From NCBI GenBank assembly GCA_963822445.1, contig CAWGHO010000001.1, forward strand, positions 160,001 to 224,000: a stretch of 64,000 nt of DNA, written 5' to 3'. This document shows, in pieces, positions 38,101 to 46,985 of this stretch. The notes beneath the pieces are model-generated. The model did not search any database and had not been told where the DNA came from. It worked only from the letters and a program-made list of their open reading frames with translations. This stretch comes from an uncultured Acidobacteriota bacterium. GTDB lineage: Bacteria > Acidobacteriota > Thermoanaerobaculia > Gp7-AA8. A program made the position numbers and the translations under genes. Numbering within the stretch: position 1 is the first letter of the stretch; every line of letters begins with the position of its first letter.

Positions 38101-40323
38101 GGCGGCGGCGACTTCACGGAGCTCGGAACGACGACGTCGACGAAGCTCACGGCATCACTCGGTTCCGACGGCTCTATGGAGTGGTTCGTCATCGCGACCA
38201 TTCCTGGCTGCGGCAACGTCCAGTCGCCTGTCGCCGCCTTCAACCTCTGCAACAGACCGGGCAGACCTCTGGCCCGCGTCGTCGGTGAAGCCACTTCCGG
38301 CCAGCTCTACCGCGTCGAGTGGGACGCCGTTCCCAACGCCGTACGCTATGAAGTCGACCAGGCCACCAACGCCGCTTTCACCGGCGCCACCACCATCTCC
38401 ACCACGGACCTTTTCGTTGCCTACCGGCACGAGCTGACCAACGGCGCTCAGCCGTTCCACTACCGCGTCCGCGCCTTCACGGCGTGCACGCCAACCGCCG
38501 GGGACTACTCCGTTCCCATCCGCATCGTCATCATCCCGATCCCGGATCCGAGCGAACCGAACCCGAGCACGAACGTCCCCGCCGGCAGCGAGGAAGTGGT
38601 CGTGCAGACGGTCTTCATTCCGGGCGAGCCGGGACAGAACCTGCTCTATACCGCCACGACGGACCGTCCGTGGCTGACGGTGCGCCCGCAGCAGGGCGTG
38701 ATCACGCCCGCCGGCATCAACCTCGAAGTCATCGCCGATCCGAAGACGCTGCCGAACGGCACGTTCACGGCGAGCATCATCGTCACCATCACCGACGGCA
38801 CCAGCGGCCGCATCGGCACGCACGGCACGACCGTGAAGACCACGCCGTTCTCCATCAACCTGGTCACTCCGGTCTCGCCGGTCGCGTCCAAGCCGGCGAC
38901 CTCGCAGTACGCGCTGATCATTCCCACCGCCGGTCACCTCGACGGCGTGAACTCGCACTGGCAGTCCGACATCCGCGTGACCAACGCCGGGTTCAGATCG
39001 GCGCGCTATCAGTTGACGTTCACGCCGTCGGGCGGCACGAATCAGGGCGTGAAGCAGACGAACATCAACGTCGATGCCGGAGCAACGACCGCGCTCGACG
39101 ACATTGTCCGCAACTGGTTCGGTCTGGGCACGCTCAACGACGGCGCGAACGGCATGCTGGAGATCCTGCCGCTCGATGACGCGGCCACGACCTCACTCAC
39201 CACCGTCGCGTCGAGCCGCACCTACAACGTCACCGGCAATGGAACCCTCGGCCAGTACATCCCGGCCGTGCCCTTCCCGAGCTTCATCGGCAGAGCCTTG
39301 CCGAACGCATTGCCGCAGGTTCTCAGCCTCCAGCAGATCGCGCAGTCCGCGCAGTACCGCACCAACGTCGGTCTCGCCGAAGCGGGTGGCGCGTCTGTCA
39401 ACGCCGTCCTGAGCGTCTTCAACTCGGGCGGCTCGAAGCTCGCCGAGATCCCCGTCGAGCTCGCGGCCGGCCAGCAGTTGCAGATGAACCAGCTCCTCGC
39501 GACGCGCGGGATCCAGCTGAACGACGGCCGCATCGAGGTGAAGGTCACCGGCGGCGACGGCAAGATCACCGCGTACGCCTCGGTCGTCGACAGTGCAACG
39601 CAGGATCCGCTGCTCGTCAGCGGCACGCCGCTTTCGGGCTCCGGCTCCACGAAGTTCGTCCTGCCCGGCGTCGCGAATCTCGACAATGCGGTCGCGCACT
39701 GGCGCACGGACATGCGCGTGTTCAACTACGGCACGAGCTCGCAATCGGCGACGCTGACCTTCTTCCCGTTCAACAACGGTCCCTCGAAGTCGGTCCAGGT
39801 GTCGCTGCCGGTCGGACAGGTGATGACCCTCGACAATGTTCTGACGACGCAGTTCGGGTCGGAGAACACCGGCGGCGTGGTGCATCTCACGACGGCGAAT
39901 CCGGCTTCGCTCGTCGTCACGGGCCGCACTTACAACCAGACCGCCAACGGTACGCTCGGCCAGTTCGTGCCGGCAGTCACCGTCGATCAGGCTGTCGGCG
40001 TGAACGAGCGCACGCTGCACATCCTGCAGGTCGAGGACTCGACGCGGTATCGCACGAACGTCGGCCTGGCCGAGGTGACTGGCAAGCCGGTGACGGTGGA
40101 GATGCAGGTCGTGCTGCCTGACTCGAAGATCACCCCGACGATCCAGATCCCGCTCGCGGCGAACGAGTTCAGACAGTTCAACGTGATCCGGGACCTCGGC
40201 GTCGGGAACGTCTACAACGCGCGCATCACCGTGCGCGTCATCGACGGTCAGGGCCGCGTCACGGCGTACGGCTCGGTGATCGACGAGGTGACGCAGGATC
40301 CGACGTACGTACCGGCACAGTAG
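32167..40323 (+). CDS. Giant secreted protein: right-handed beta-helix repeats, 7 tandem-95/cadherin-like Ig repeats, FN3-like, BACON-like and shared C-terminal module
   Basis: Signal peptide, VTTTADSGAGSLRQ twice, GNYIGT/N.ISGN repeats, NDPPVAN.D repeats. Confidence 0.88.
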   Translation: MGSRFQWFVVTLVLCAASAAQAGSYTVTTTADSGAGSLRQGILDANSATCTSPCTIQFDATLFATTQTINTASNLSITASNVTIDGFANGVGSANNSAFGSSDNSVQRVVVNGPSTTCCPVITISGSNVTIRGLVIQDGQTGITVSGTGSATIAGCKIGTNALGTAAVPNLIGISVSGTSPTATIGGSNAADRNLISGNSGSGISLASAGNVVIGNYIGTTALGSAFLANATGVSVSNSNNTVGNTSMGNVISGNTGRGIDVLLGTGTAMGNNRIGTNISGTAAVANNAGIFVGGGGTPGSVSIGGTGQPNLISGNTTSGIEINNSSGSNIVSFNFIGLNDGSSATIPNGGTGIVLTAIGSSNTITNNRIGGNAFYGMTLNGGADTTIQNNFIGYVSGTPRPNGLGGVRITAATGTTTVFANSIRNNGGVGVDVDGVIIGVAIKQNEIADNTGIGIDLKNGSGSLGATANDAGDTDTGAGNHLQNFPAITSASVDGPTGSSTLTLKFNVDSANVGTTLGIRAEAFKADTDPTNPEGLTFLQGQCFASNNISNATMTIPTAGVAPGDKIVMTATSYTNTICSSVNEGTSEFSPGATVAVAPGFVINTNNSGAGSLRQAITDANSGACASPCAITFNIPNTDPNFSGGVYTIRPTTALPDILASNTTIDGATQTVFGGDTNLSGPEIVINGSLITGASAGLQIAALTAGQGNNIAIRNVVVNGFPNEGIFLDGSALALTNISITGNYVGTDPTGTSAVPNATTGIYVGGLVSGAFIGTQSNGNLISGNTQNGIILDGASGNFVQSNIIGLNASGTAALPNGFVGIQISGAAQNNTIGGGVAGTGNTVSGNLRQGIAILDSGTNGNVVQGNYIGTDTSAGTAIGNGWAGIGIWNGAQSNTIGGTTLGEGNVISGNGEDGVAIRDLNTSSNILAGNYIGTNASGFLAVPNGWYGVDIFSAATNNTVGGSVVSAMNVISGNTLGGVLLSDSGTTGNVISANRIGLNGVGSGALANLGPGVLIAAGASGNTLGGGTVAANAIAHNGAAGVAVTGASIENNIRYNSIFSNTGLGIDLANNGVTANDAGDGDSGPNALQNFPILAMASYNSVSNQTTISGTLNSLPSTQFDIDWYSNTALDGSGHGEGEVYETTSTFTTDALGNANVSIILPGNRRTSNIVATASRVNGPVRETSEFSATAPNNPPVANNDTPPATNEDTPTTFDPRANDSDPEGGTFTITSNTQPSPSAGSVTCSATSCTFTPVADYNGPASFNYTITDDLGATATATVNITVNAVNDPPVANTDAINTSEDTQGAVNVLTNDTDVDGPSALSVTGNTNGANGTAVCSPIGNCTYTPNPDFNGADSFTYTVSDSSAASVGTVNVTVNATNDPPVANPDAINTTEDTPNSVNVLTNDTDVDGPSALTVTGNTNGTKGNVVCTAAGGCTYTPNPDENGADSFTYTVSDGVASTVGTVNVNISSVNDPPVANTDGLGTTEDTPNSVNVLANDTDVDGPSALTVTGNTNGTKGTAVCTAAGSCTYTPNPDQTGTDSFTYTVSDGLGSSVGTVNVNITATNDPPLANPDTINTAEDSPGSVNVLTNDTDVDGPSALSVTGNTNGTKGSAVCTAAGNCTYTPNPNQNGADSFTYTVSDGSASSVGTVNVNIGSVNDPPVANADALTTNANTPGSVNVLTNDTDIDGPSPLTVTGNTNGTKGTATCTAAGNCTYTPNLNESGGDSFTYTVFDGASSATGTVSVTIGSPNSPPNAVDDFADTVQNTAVTINVLANDSDPESQPLTLVANTQPANGGVSCQPDGNCTYTPNSGFTGVDSFTYTVQDSVGATSNATVAINVSGCPEAPAFLSPAPNATGVRTTGRLSWDNTGADSYNVYLGRADGDGCDPLIGSTLGTSISYANLEPNTRYLWRVEAVRQGCQPASSACVAFTTGPACNVSLTLVKPLGGTVASPIEFEWQAVSGATAYTVFAKIGGGDFTELGTTTSTKLTASLGSDGSMEWFVIATIPGCGNVQSPVAAFNLCNRPGRPLARVVGEATSGQLYRVEWDAVPNAVRYEVDQATNAAFTGATTISTTDLFVAYRHELTNGAQPFHYRVRAFTACTPTAGDYSVPIRIVIIPIPDPSEPNPSTNVPAGSEEVVVQTVFIPGEPGQNLLYTATTDRPWLTVRPQQGVITPAGINLEVIADPKTLPNGTFTASIIVTITDGTSGRIGTHGTTVKTTPFSINLVTPVSPVASKPATSQYALIIPTAGHLDGVNSHWQSDIRVTNAGFRSARYQLTFTPSGGTNQGVKQTNINVDAGATTALDDIVRNWFGLGTLNDGANGMLEILPLDDAATTSLTTVASSRTYNVTGNGTLGQYIPAVPFPSFIGRALPNALPQVLSLQQIAQSAQYRTNVGLAEAGGASVNAVLSVFNSGGSKLAEIPVELAAGQQLQMNQLLATRGIQLNDGRIEVKVTGGDGKITAYASVVDSATQDPLLVSGTPLSGSGSTKFVLPGVANLDNAVAHWRTDMRVFNYGTSSQSATLTFFPFNNGPSKSVQVSLPVGQVMTLDNVLTTQFGSENTGGVVHLTTANPASLVVTGRTYNQTANGTLGQFVPAVTVDQAVGVNERTLHILQVEDSTRYRTNVGLAEVTGKPVTVEMQVVLPDSKITPTIQIPLAANEFRQFNVIRDLGVGNVYNARITVRVIDGQGRVTAYGSVIDEVTQDPTYVPAQ
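35749..37705 (+). repeat. Seven ~93-aa Ig-like coding repeats
   Basis: Units at 35749, 36034, 36313, 36592, 36871, 37150 and 37429 (279-nt period after the first). Confidence 0.9.
38572..40323 (+). repeat. 1,752-nt copy 2 of the duplicated C-terminal coding block
   Basis: Colinear with 30318-32069; both end EVTQDPTYVPAQ. Confidence 0.92.
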
Positions 40324-40327
40324 CTGC

Positions 40328-40392
40328 GTGTAGTGTGGGCGTCCCGCCTACCTTCGGTTCCCCCCGAGGTAGGCCAGAGGCCCACACTACAC
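40328..40392. repeat. GTAG-type REP inverted pair
   Basis: GTGTAGTGTGGGC...GCCTACCT...AGGTAGGC...GCCCACACTACAC. Confidence 0.8.
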
Positions 40393-40418
40393 GGGGCCCG
40401 CTGCTATCGTTCGGCCGC

Positions 40419-40973
40419 ATGTTCAATCTCCTCGTGCTCGACCACTTCCTCGACCCCGAGGCGCGCGCGGCGCTTCTGCGCGAGCTCGAGTCAGCGAGCG
40501 GTGCCGAGGCGGAGGTGTACGGCGCGAGTGCGAGTGGCGCGGTCGACGCCCGTACGCGCAGTGCGAAAAAGCTCGTCGTCGCACCGGCGACGCGAGAGAT
40601 GGTGCGGACGGCGTTCGGCAACGTGCAGCAAAAGCTCGAGCAGCATTTCGCGATCCCACTCACCTCGTTCGAAGCACCGCAATTCCTTCGCTACCAGACC
40701 GGCGATTTCTTCGTCGCGCATCAGGACGGCAACACCCCGGTCATCCACGACGACGCCAGGCACCGCCGCGTGTCCGTGGTCGTGTTCCTCAGCGACGAGA
40801 GCGCGTACTCCGGCGGCTCGCTCGTGCTGCACGGCCGTTATCCCGACTTCGACAAGCGTCATCCCGTGCCCTCCGCGCCGGGCTCGCTGATCGCCTTCCC
40901 GTCCGAGACGACGCATGAAGTCACGCCGCTGACGGACGGCCATCGCTACACCATCGTTACCTGGTTCCGGTGA
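40419..40973 (+). CDS. 2OG-Fe(II) oxygenase (prolyl-hydroxylase/PKHD-like)
   Basis: LRYQTGDFFVAHQD, YSGGSL, HEVTP, GHRYTIVTWF. Confidence 0.88.
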   Translation: MFNLLVLDHFLDPEARAALLRELESASGAEAEVYGASASGAVDARTRSAKKLVVAPATREMVRTAFGNVQQKLEQHFAIPLTSFEAPQFLRYQTGDFFVAHQDGNTPVIHDDARHRRVSVVVFLSDESAYSGGSLVLHGRYPDFDKRHPVPSAPGSLIAFPSETTHEVTPLTDGHRYTIVTWFR

Positions 40974-41672
40974 TCAGCCGAGATCGAAGAGGAGCAACTC
41001 GGCGGCTTCGGTGGCTACGATGGCGAGCGTCGACTCGTTCTCGATCGCGGCGCCGTCGCCGGCGTTGACCGCAGTGCCGTTGACGGTCACGCTGCCGCGC
41101 GCGACCTGCAGCCAGGCGCCGCGGCCCTCCGCGAGTGAATGCTCGACGCGTTGTCCGTCATCGAGAATCGACGCGAACACCCGCGCGTCCTGATGAATCT
41201 TCAGCGCGCCCTCTTCGCCGCTCGGCGCGACGACCAGCCGCAGTTTCCCGCGACGCTCGTCATCGGGAAACATCTTCTGTTCGTATCCCGGCTCGATCCC
41301 GGCGCGCTCGGGCATGATCCAGATCTGGAAAAAGTGCACCGGCTCGGAATCCGATCCATTGAACTCGCTGTGCACCACGCCGGTTCCCGCGCTCATCCGC
41401 TGCACTTCGCCGCGGCGCAGCACGCCGTCGCCGCCGGTGCTGTCTTTGTGGGCAAGCGCGCCTTCCATGACGATGGAGATGATCTCCATGTTCTCGTGCT
41501 GGTGCGCGCCGAAGCCGCGCCCCGGTGCAACGGTGTCCTCGTTGATCACCCGCAACGTGCGGAAGCCCATGTGCCGCGGGTCGTAATAATTCGCGAAGGA
41601 AAAGGTGTGTTGCGACTTGAGCCAGCCGTGATCGCCCAGCCCCCGCGCCGCCGACTTCCGAACAGTGATCAT
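40974..41672 (-). CDS. Pirin family protein (YhhW-like)
   Basis: HTFSFANYYDP, HQHENMEI, MSAGTGVVHSE, FQIWI. Confidence 0.93.
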   Translation of the reverse strand: MITVRKSAARGLGDHGWLKSQHTFSFANYYDPRHMGFRTLRVINEDTVAPGRGFGAHQHENMEIISIVMEGALAHKDSTGGDGVLRRGEVQRMSAGTGVVHSEFNGSDSEPVHFFQIWIMPERAGIEPGYEQKMFPDDERRGKLRLVVAPSGEEGALKIHQDARVFASILDDGQRVEHSLAEGRGAWLQVARGSVTVNGTAVNAGDGAAIENESTLAIVATEAAELLLFDLG

Positions 41673-44305
41673 CGATCCTCCTCGACCTCGCGCATCCAGA
41701 CGTCCGCCTCGGTCGTGCGTTCCGAGAACAACAACGTTTGCGCATTCCCGGAGATGCTCATCGCCGCGATCGCGTACGGCGTCGACACATCACGAATCGC
41801 GCCCGTGTCGATGTTCACGATGCGCAGCCGAGACCCTTCGCTGAAGAGGATCTCGCGGCCGCCGGGGAGGAACAACGGCCGCGCGCCGGTCGACGTCACC
41901 GGCCGGTAAGTCCTTTCGGTCAGCGAATACAGCATGATGCCCGGTCTTCCGCGAAGCTCGCCGGCCAGCAGCGTGCCGTCGGGCGACCAGCTGTTCATCG
42001 CCGGCCGGCTTCCCTGCAGCGCCGCGGGCAGTTCCTCGACCACGGCATCGTCGCGCGTGAGATCGAGGAGGAACGTGTGCTCGTAGTTGAAGAACGCCAG
42101 CCGCTTGCCGTCGGGCGAAACGGACGGATACCAGCCGCTCTGTCCCGGCTTCGTCGCGCGCGCCAGTCCGCTGCCGTCGGCGTTGATGCGGAAGATCTCG
42201 TACTTTTCACCGTCGCGCTGCGAATAGAAGTAGATCTTCGTTCCGTCGGGCGACCAGGTCACGCCGCGATCGCGCGCGGCGTCGTTCGTGAGCTGGCGGA
42301 TCTCCCCCGTCGCCACTTCGACGACGAACACGTCTTCCTGCCCGCCGCGATTGGTGACGGCCAGAAACCTGCCGTTGGGCGAGATCGCCGAGCTGAACAC
42401 GAGGAACGATCCGGCCAGCACTGATTTCGCTTCGCCGCTGGTCGTGCCCGTCACCGGATCGAACGCAACCACACGCAACGACTCGGTGAGATCGATCGAC
42501 GCGAAGAGCATCCGGTGGCCGGCCTTCGACACGGTGTAGTGCCCGCTGTAGCGCGCGGGGGTCATGAGCGGCTCCGGCTCGCCGCGCGGCTTGCCGCTTT
42601 CCTCGTCGATGGCGATGCGCCAGAGGTTCATGGCGCCGTTGCGATCGCTGCCGAAGTAAATGTGCTTGACCGTCCGCCGACCAGATCGGGTTCCAGTCGA
42701 CAGCCGCGTCGCTGGTGACGCGCACTGCCGTCTCGCTCGGTTTTTCAGCGCGCGGATCGAGCGTCCAGATGTCGCGTTGCGCGGACTCGCTGGCGATGCC
42801 CCAGTAGACGATGCGATGGCCGTTCGGCGACCAGTTCGGCTGCACGCCGTCGCTCTGGAGAAGGATCTTGCGCGTTCCCGTCGCGGCGTCGACCACCCAG
42901 AGCTCGCTCATCGTTCCCCGCGACGTCGGCGTGAAGGTGACGCTTTCCGTCGCGCAGACGATCTGCTTGCCGTCCGGCGACCACGCGGGATTGAAGCAGC
43001 TCGGCGCGATGCGCCGCGCCGACTCACCCGTCGCTCCCATCACGAACACCCCGCCGCCATCGCACTCCGATCGATACGCGATCTGTGAGCCGTCCGGCGA
43101 GAAGGCCGGCTGCGAATCACCGGCCGTGCAGCGCTTCGTCAGATTGATCGCATTCCGGCCGTCGACGCGCTGCAGGTGAATGTCCGCCTCCGCGCCGATC
43201 CGCGAACGAACACGAACGTCGCGCCGTCGGGCGAAAGCGCGGGCGACATCTCCACGCCGTCTTCGTGCGTGACCTGGCGGAAGCGCGCGTTCTCCGCGGC
43301 TGCTGCGGCACGCGTGATGCGCGAGCGCAACAGCCATCCCGCCAACGCTCCGAGCACGACCAGCGCGATGGCACCGCCGACAGCGAACGCACGTCGCGTC
43401 GCGAACGGGCTCACCGTCTCGACGGTCGGCATCGTTCCCGATCCGCTCGAAAGGACGTCGAGCTGGAATGCGAGATCGCGCGCCGACTGGAAACGCTGCT
43501 CGGGATTCTTCTCCATGCAATGCCGGATGACGCGGCACAAGCCCGGCGACACGTTCGGATTGATCTCGGTGACCTCCACCGGGTCTTCGCGCAGGATCGA
43601 CGACATCGTGTCCGCCGGTGAGTCGCCGCGGAAGGGATGCTCGCCGGCGACCATCTCGTACATGAGCGTGCCGAGGGAGAAGATGTCGCTGCGTCCGTCG
43701 ACCGCTTGTCCCCGAACCTGTTCCGGCGACATGTACCCGACCGTGCCGATGACCGTCCCCGGCGACGTGTCCTGACTGAGCGTCTGCTCGTCGGACAACG
43801 CCGAGTCGTCGGGACTGCGCAACTTGGCCACGCCGAAGTCGAGGATCTTCACCCTTCCGTCGCGCGTGACGAAGATGTTCTCCGGCTTCAGATCGCGATG
43901 AACGATCCCCCGCTCGTGCGCGGCGGCCAGGCCGTTCGAGATCTGGATCGCGTAATCGACGGCCTTGCGGATCGGCAGCCTCGTCGCGGTTCCGTCGTGC
44001 CGCAGACATTCGCGAAGCGTCGAGCCTTCGAGGAGCTCGGTGACGATGTAGGGTTTTCCGTCAGCTGACCCGACGTCGAAGATCGTCAGCAGATTCGGAT
44101 GGTTGAGCGCGCCGATCGCGCGCGCCTCGATCTCGAAGCGGTGCATGCGATCGGCGTAGCGCGCGAACGTCGCCGGCAGGACTTTGACCGCGACCTCGCG
44201 CCGGATGCGAGGATCGAAGGCCCGCCAGACCTCGCTCATGCCGCCGGCTCCGAGGCGCGAGACAATCTCGTACGGACCCAGCTTCGTTCCCGCTTCGACC
44301 GACAT
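41669..44305 (-). CDS. Hanks-type Ser/Thr kinase with TM helix and TolB-like (PD40) beta-propeller; frameshifts near 43195 and 42670
   Basis: LGAGGM, VAVK, HRDLKPEN, DFG, YMSPEQ, then repeated W/FSPDG motifs over three frames. Confidence 0.88.
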
Positions 44306-44389
44306 GGACGGAGGTCATTCTCGCGGCTTCGTCAACAAACGGCAACGGCGTGAGCCTCCTCACGCAACCTCTTTCGCTCAGAACCGAAT

Positions 44390-44632
44390 ATGCACAACGT
44401 CATGAGCTACACGGATTGGCTACGCAAACAGGTTGCGAGACTCGAAGCGGAGATCGGCAGTCACTCGGTCTTCGACAGCGAGAACCCCGCATCGACCGCG
44501 CAATTGAAGGAACTGCGCTCGAAGGTCGTCATTCACACGTATCTGCGCCAGCAGTTGCTCCGCCGCGACACGCAGGTGTCGCTCGAGGAGTACGACACGC
44601 AGGAGTTCGTGCTGGTGCGCAAGCCGGCTTAG
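44390..44632 (+). CDS. Small hypothetical protein
   Basis: Fills the gap with plausible composition; the start may be 44402. Confidence 0.5.
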   Translation: MHNVMSYTDWLRKQVARLEAEIGSHSVFDSENPASTAQLKELRSKVVIHTYLRQQLLRRDTQVSLEEYDTQEFVLVRKPA

Positions 44633-45012
44633 ATGGGTCGTTGCAGCGAGCCGGGATCCTCCCCGGCTCGCAACGAGATCTCCGCCCCTTCCTTCCCCAT
44701 CGCCAGACATTCGAAGAGATTGCGGACGTATTGGCCGAGGCGGTCGCCGCGGATGCCGGAGGCTTCGAGGGCGGTGACCAGTCGCCGGCCGAGCTCGGCG
44801 GCCGACTCACGCGCGGTCTCCGCCTCCGCCGGGTAGGGGTTTTCCTCTTCCTGCACGTACTGCGAGAGCAGCACATCGAGCCGCTCGGCGATCTCGAGCA
44901 ATTCCTCCCCTTCGATGCCGTGCTCCTCGCAGTGCCGCTCCAGCATCCGGACGATGCGCGAGGCCACGCGGCCGGCGTGCGGAAGGTCGAGCGGGATATC
45001 GAAATGAGGCAC
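44629..45012 (-). CDS. Hypothetical protein
   Basis: Helical acidic ORF (DRLGQYVRNLFECLAMG..GAEISLRAGE); start uncertain. Confidence 0.6.
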   Translation of the reverse strand: MPHFDIPLDLPHAGRVASRIVRMLERHCEEHGIEGEELLEIAERLDVLLSQYVQEEENPYPAEAETARESAAELGRRLVTALEASGIRGDRLGQYVRNLFECLAMGKEGAEISLRAGEDPGSLQRPI

Positions 45013-45040
45013 CGCTCGAAGTCTATACTCCGCTCCCTTC

Positions 45041-46177
45041 ATGGCCATCCGCGCAATCCTCTTCTTCGCAATCGCCCTGGTGATCTTCGTTCCCTTCAAC
45101 TGGATTACGTACCGCCAACTCGTCCGCATTCACCCACGCCGCAAGCGCTGGATTCTCGGCGCACTCATCGCCGGCAACCTGATGTGGCCCTTTTTCCCGA
45201 TGCTGCGGACGTTCACGCCGTTCGCACGTGTGACCCGCGCGATTCTCGGCCCGATGTGGTTCGCCTGGACGTCCTTCGCGATCGTGTACGCCGCGGTGAT
45301 CTTCCTCGTGCTCATTGCGTGGCTGCCCTTCCGCCGGAAACGGTTTGCCGAATTCGCGCGCTGGCCTTCGCGTGTTTTTCTGACGCTTACGATCGTGGGA
45401 AGCGTCGTCGGCTTCTATCAGGCAGTCGTGCCGTTGCGGGTCGAGCACGTGCCGGTGCGCATCGCCGAATCTGCCGCCGTCGCTGCACGGCATGCGGCTC
45501 GCGCTGCTCGGCGATCTGCACGTCGGCCTCTTCACGCGCCCATCACGACTCGATCAGATCTTCACGACCACCGCGTCGCTGAATCCCGAGGTCGTGATGA
45601 TCGCCGGGGACATGATCGACGACGATCCGTACTTCGTGCCGAAGCTGCTGCGCGGCACGCGAACCCTTCCCGCGACGATCCCCATCCTCGCCGTCTTCGG
45701 CAATCACGAGATGTACGGCGCGCCGGAATGCGGTCATCGACCCGGTTGCGCGGCAGCCGCATCCGTCTGCTGGTCGAATGAGGGATTCCCGCTCCGCGAT
45801 CTCTGGATCGCCGGCGTGTCCGATCGCGCCGCCAGCCAGATGCCGAACCTGAAGCACTTCACTCCCGATCTCGCGAAGGCGTTGGCCGGGAAACCGCCGA
45901 ATGCGATTCCGATCGCGCTCTCCCATCAGCCGACGATCATCGCCGACGCACGAAAGCATGGCGTACCGCTCGCCCTCTGCGCGCACACGCACGGCGGGCA
46001 GCTCGGTTTCCGTCCGTTGCGCTGGTCGCTGGCCGGTGTATTTCTGCCGTACCACATGGGTCTTTACGACGTTCCGCCGACCCAGCTCTACGTCAACACC
46101 GGCACCGGCTACTGGCTGCTGCCGTTTCGCCTCGGGATGACGCCGGAGATCACGCTGATCGAATTGCAGGCCGGTGA
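45041..46177 (+). CDS. Membrane-anchored calcineurin-like metallophosphoesterase (YkuE-like), frameshifted
   Basis: TM N-terminus, GDLHVG, AGDMID, GNHE, SHQP, HTHGGQ, PEITLIEL. Confidence 0.85.
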
Positions 46178-46985
46178 GGACCTCGCCACAGCGCTCTTCG
46201 ATCTTCAGCGTCGCCAGTTCGTCCCCGCGGGTGGGGCCGATGTTGACGATGGCGATCGGCAGCCCGCGCTCCGATGCGCGCTTCACGAAGCGGAAGCCCG
46301 ACCAGACCGTGAGCGACGAGCCGACGACGAGCATCGCGTCGGCTTCGTCGACGCGCTGCATGGCGTAGCTGACTTTGTCGCCCGGCACCGACTCGCCGAA
46401 GAAGACGACCGCCGGCTTGAGTACGCCGCCGCAGCGATCGCATTCGGGGACGCGAAAGCCGCCGATCACGCTTTGCGCTACTTCCGAATCGCCGTCCGGC
46501 GCAAAGTCCGCTTCGTCGGCCTGCAGGCGGTCCCACTCGGCCGCGGCGAGCCATTCCGCGTTGAGCATCGCCAGCCGCTCCTGCATCTCCTCGCGCGGAA
46601 TCTCGCGCGCGGCAATCGAGGCAGACGACGACGCGGTTGCGTCCGTGAAGCTGCACGACGGCGCGGCTGCCGGCTTCCTGATGCAGATCGTCGACGTTCT
46701 GCGTGATGAGCTGATGCACGCGGCCGCTCGACTCGAGCTCCGCCAGCGCGCGATGGGCCGCGTTCGGCCGCGCGGCATCGAAGCGCGGCCAGCCGCGAAA
46801 GCTGCGCGCCCAGTAAAACCGCCGCACTTCCGCGCTGCGCACGAACGCGCTGAAGTAGATCGGCTTGTGCCGCGTCCACGCGCCGCCCGGGCTGCGATAG
46901 TCGGGAATGCCCGATTCCGTGCTGCAGCCGGCGCCGGTGAGGACGACCAGGCGGCGGGAGGATGCGAGGAAGGCGAGCGACGGGT
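46150..46985 (-). CDS. cobB: NAD-dependent protein deacylase (sirtuin, SIRT4-like class), frameshifted; start uncertain
   Basis: LTGAGCSTESGIPDYR, TQNVDDLH, LHG..C..C, C..CGGVLKPAVVFFGE, GSSL.V.SG. Confidence 0.85.

Noticed and set aside
30318-40323. Diversity-generating retroelement TR/VR pair
   Set aside because: Both copies are long and coding, the mismatches are mostly synonymous and not adenine-specific, and there is no reverse transcriptase in the window.
45543-46706. Long antisense overlap between sirtuin and phosphoesterase
   Set aside because: Explained by a single missing base near 46170.
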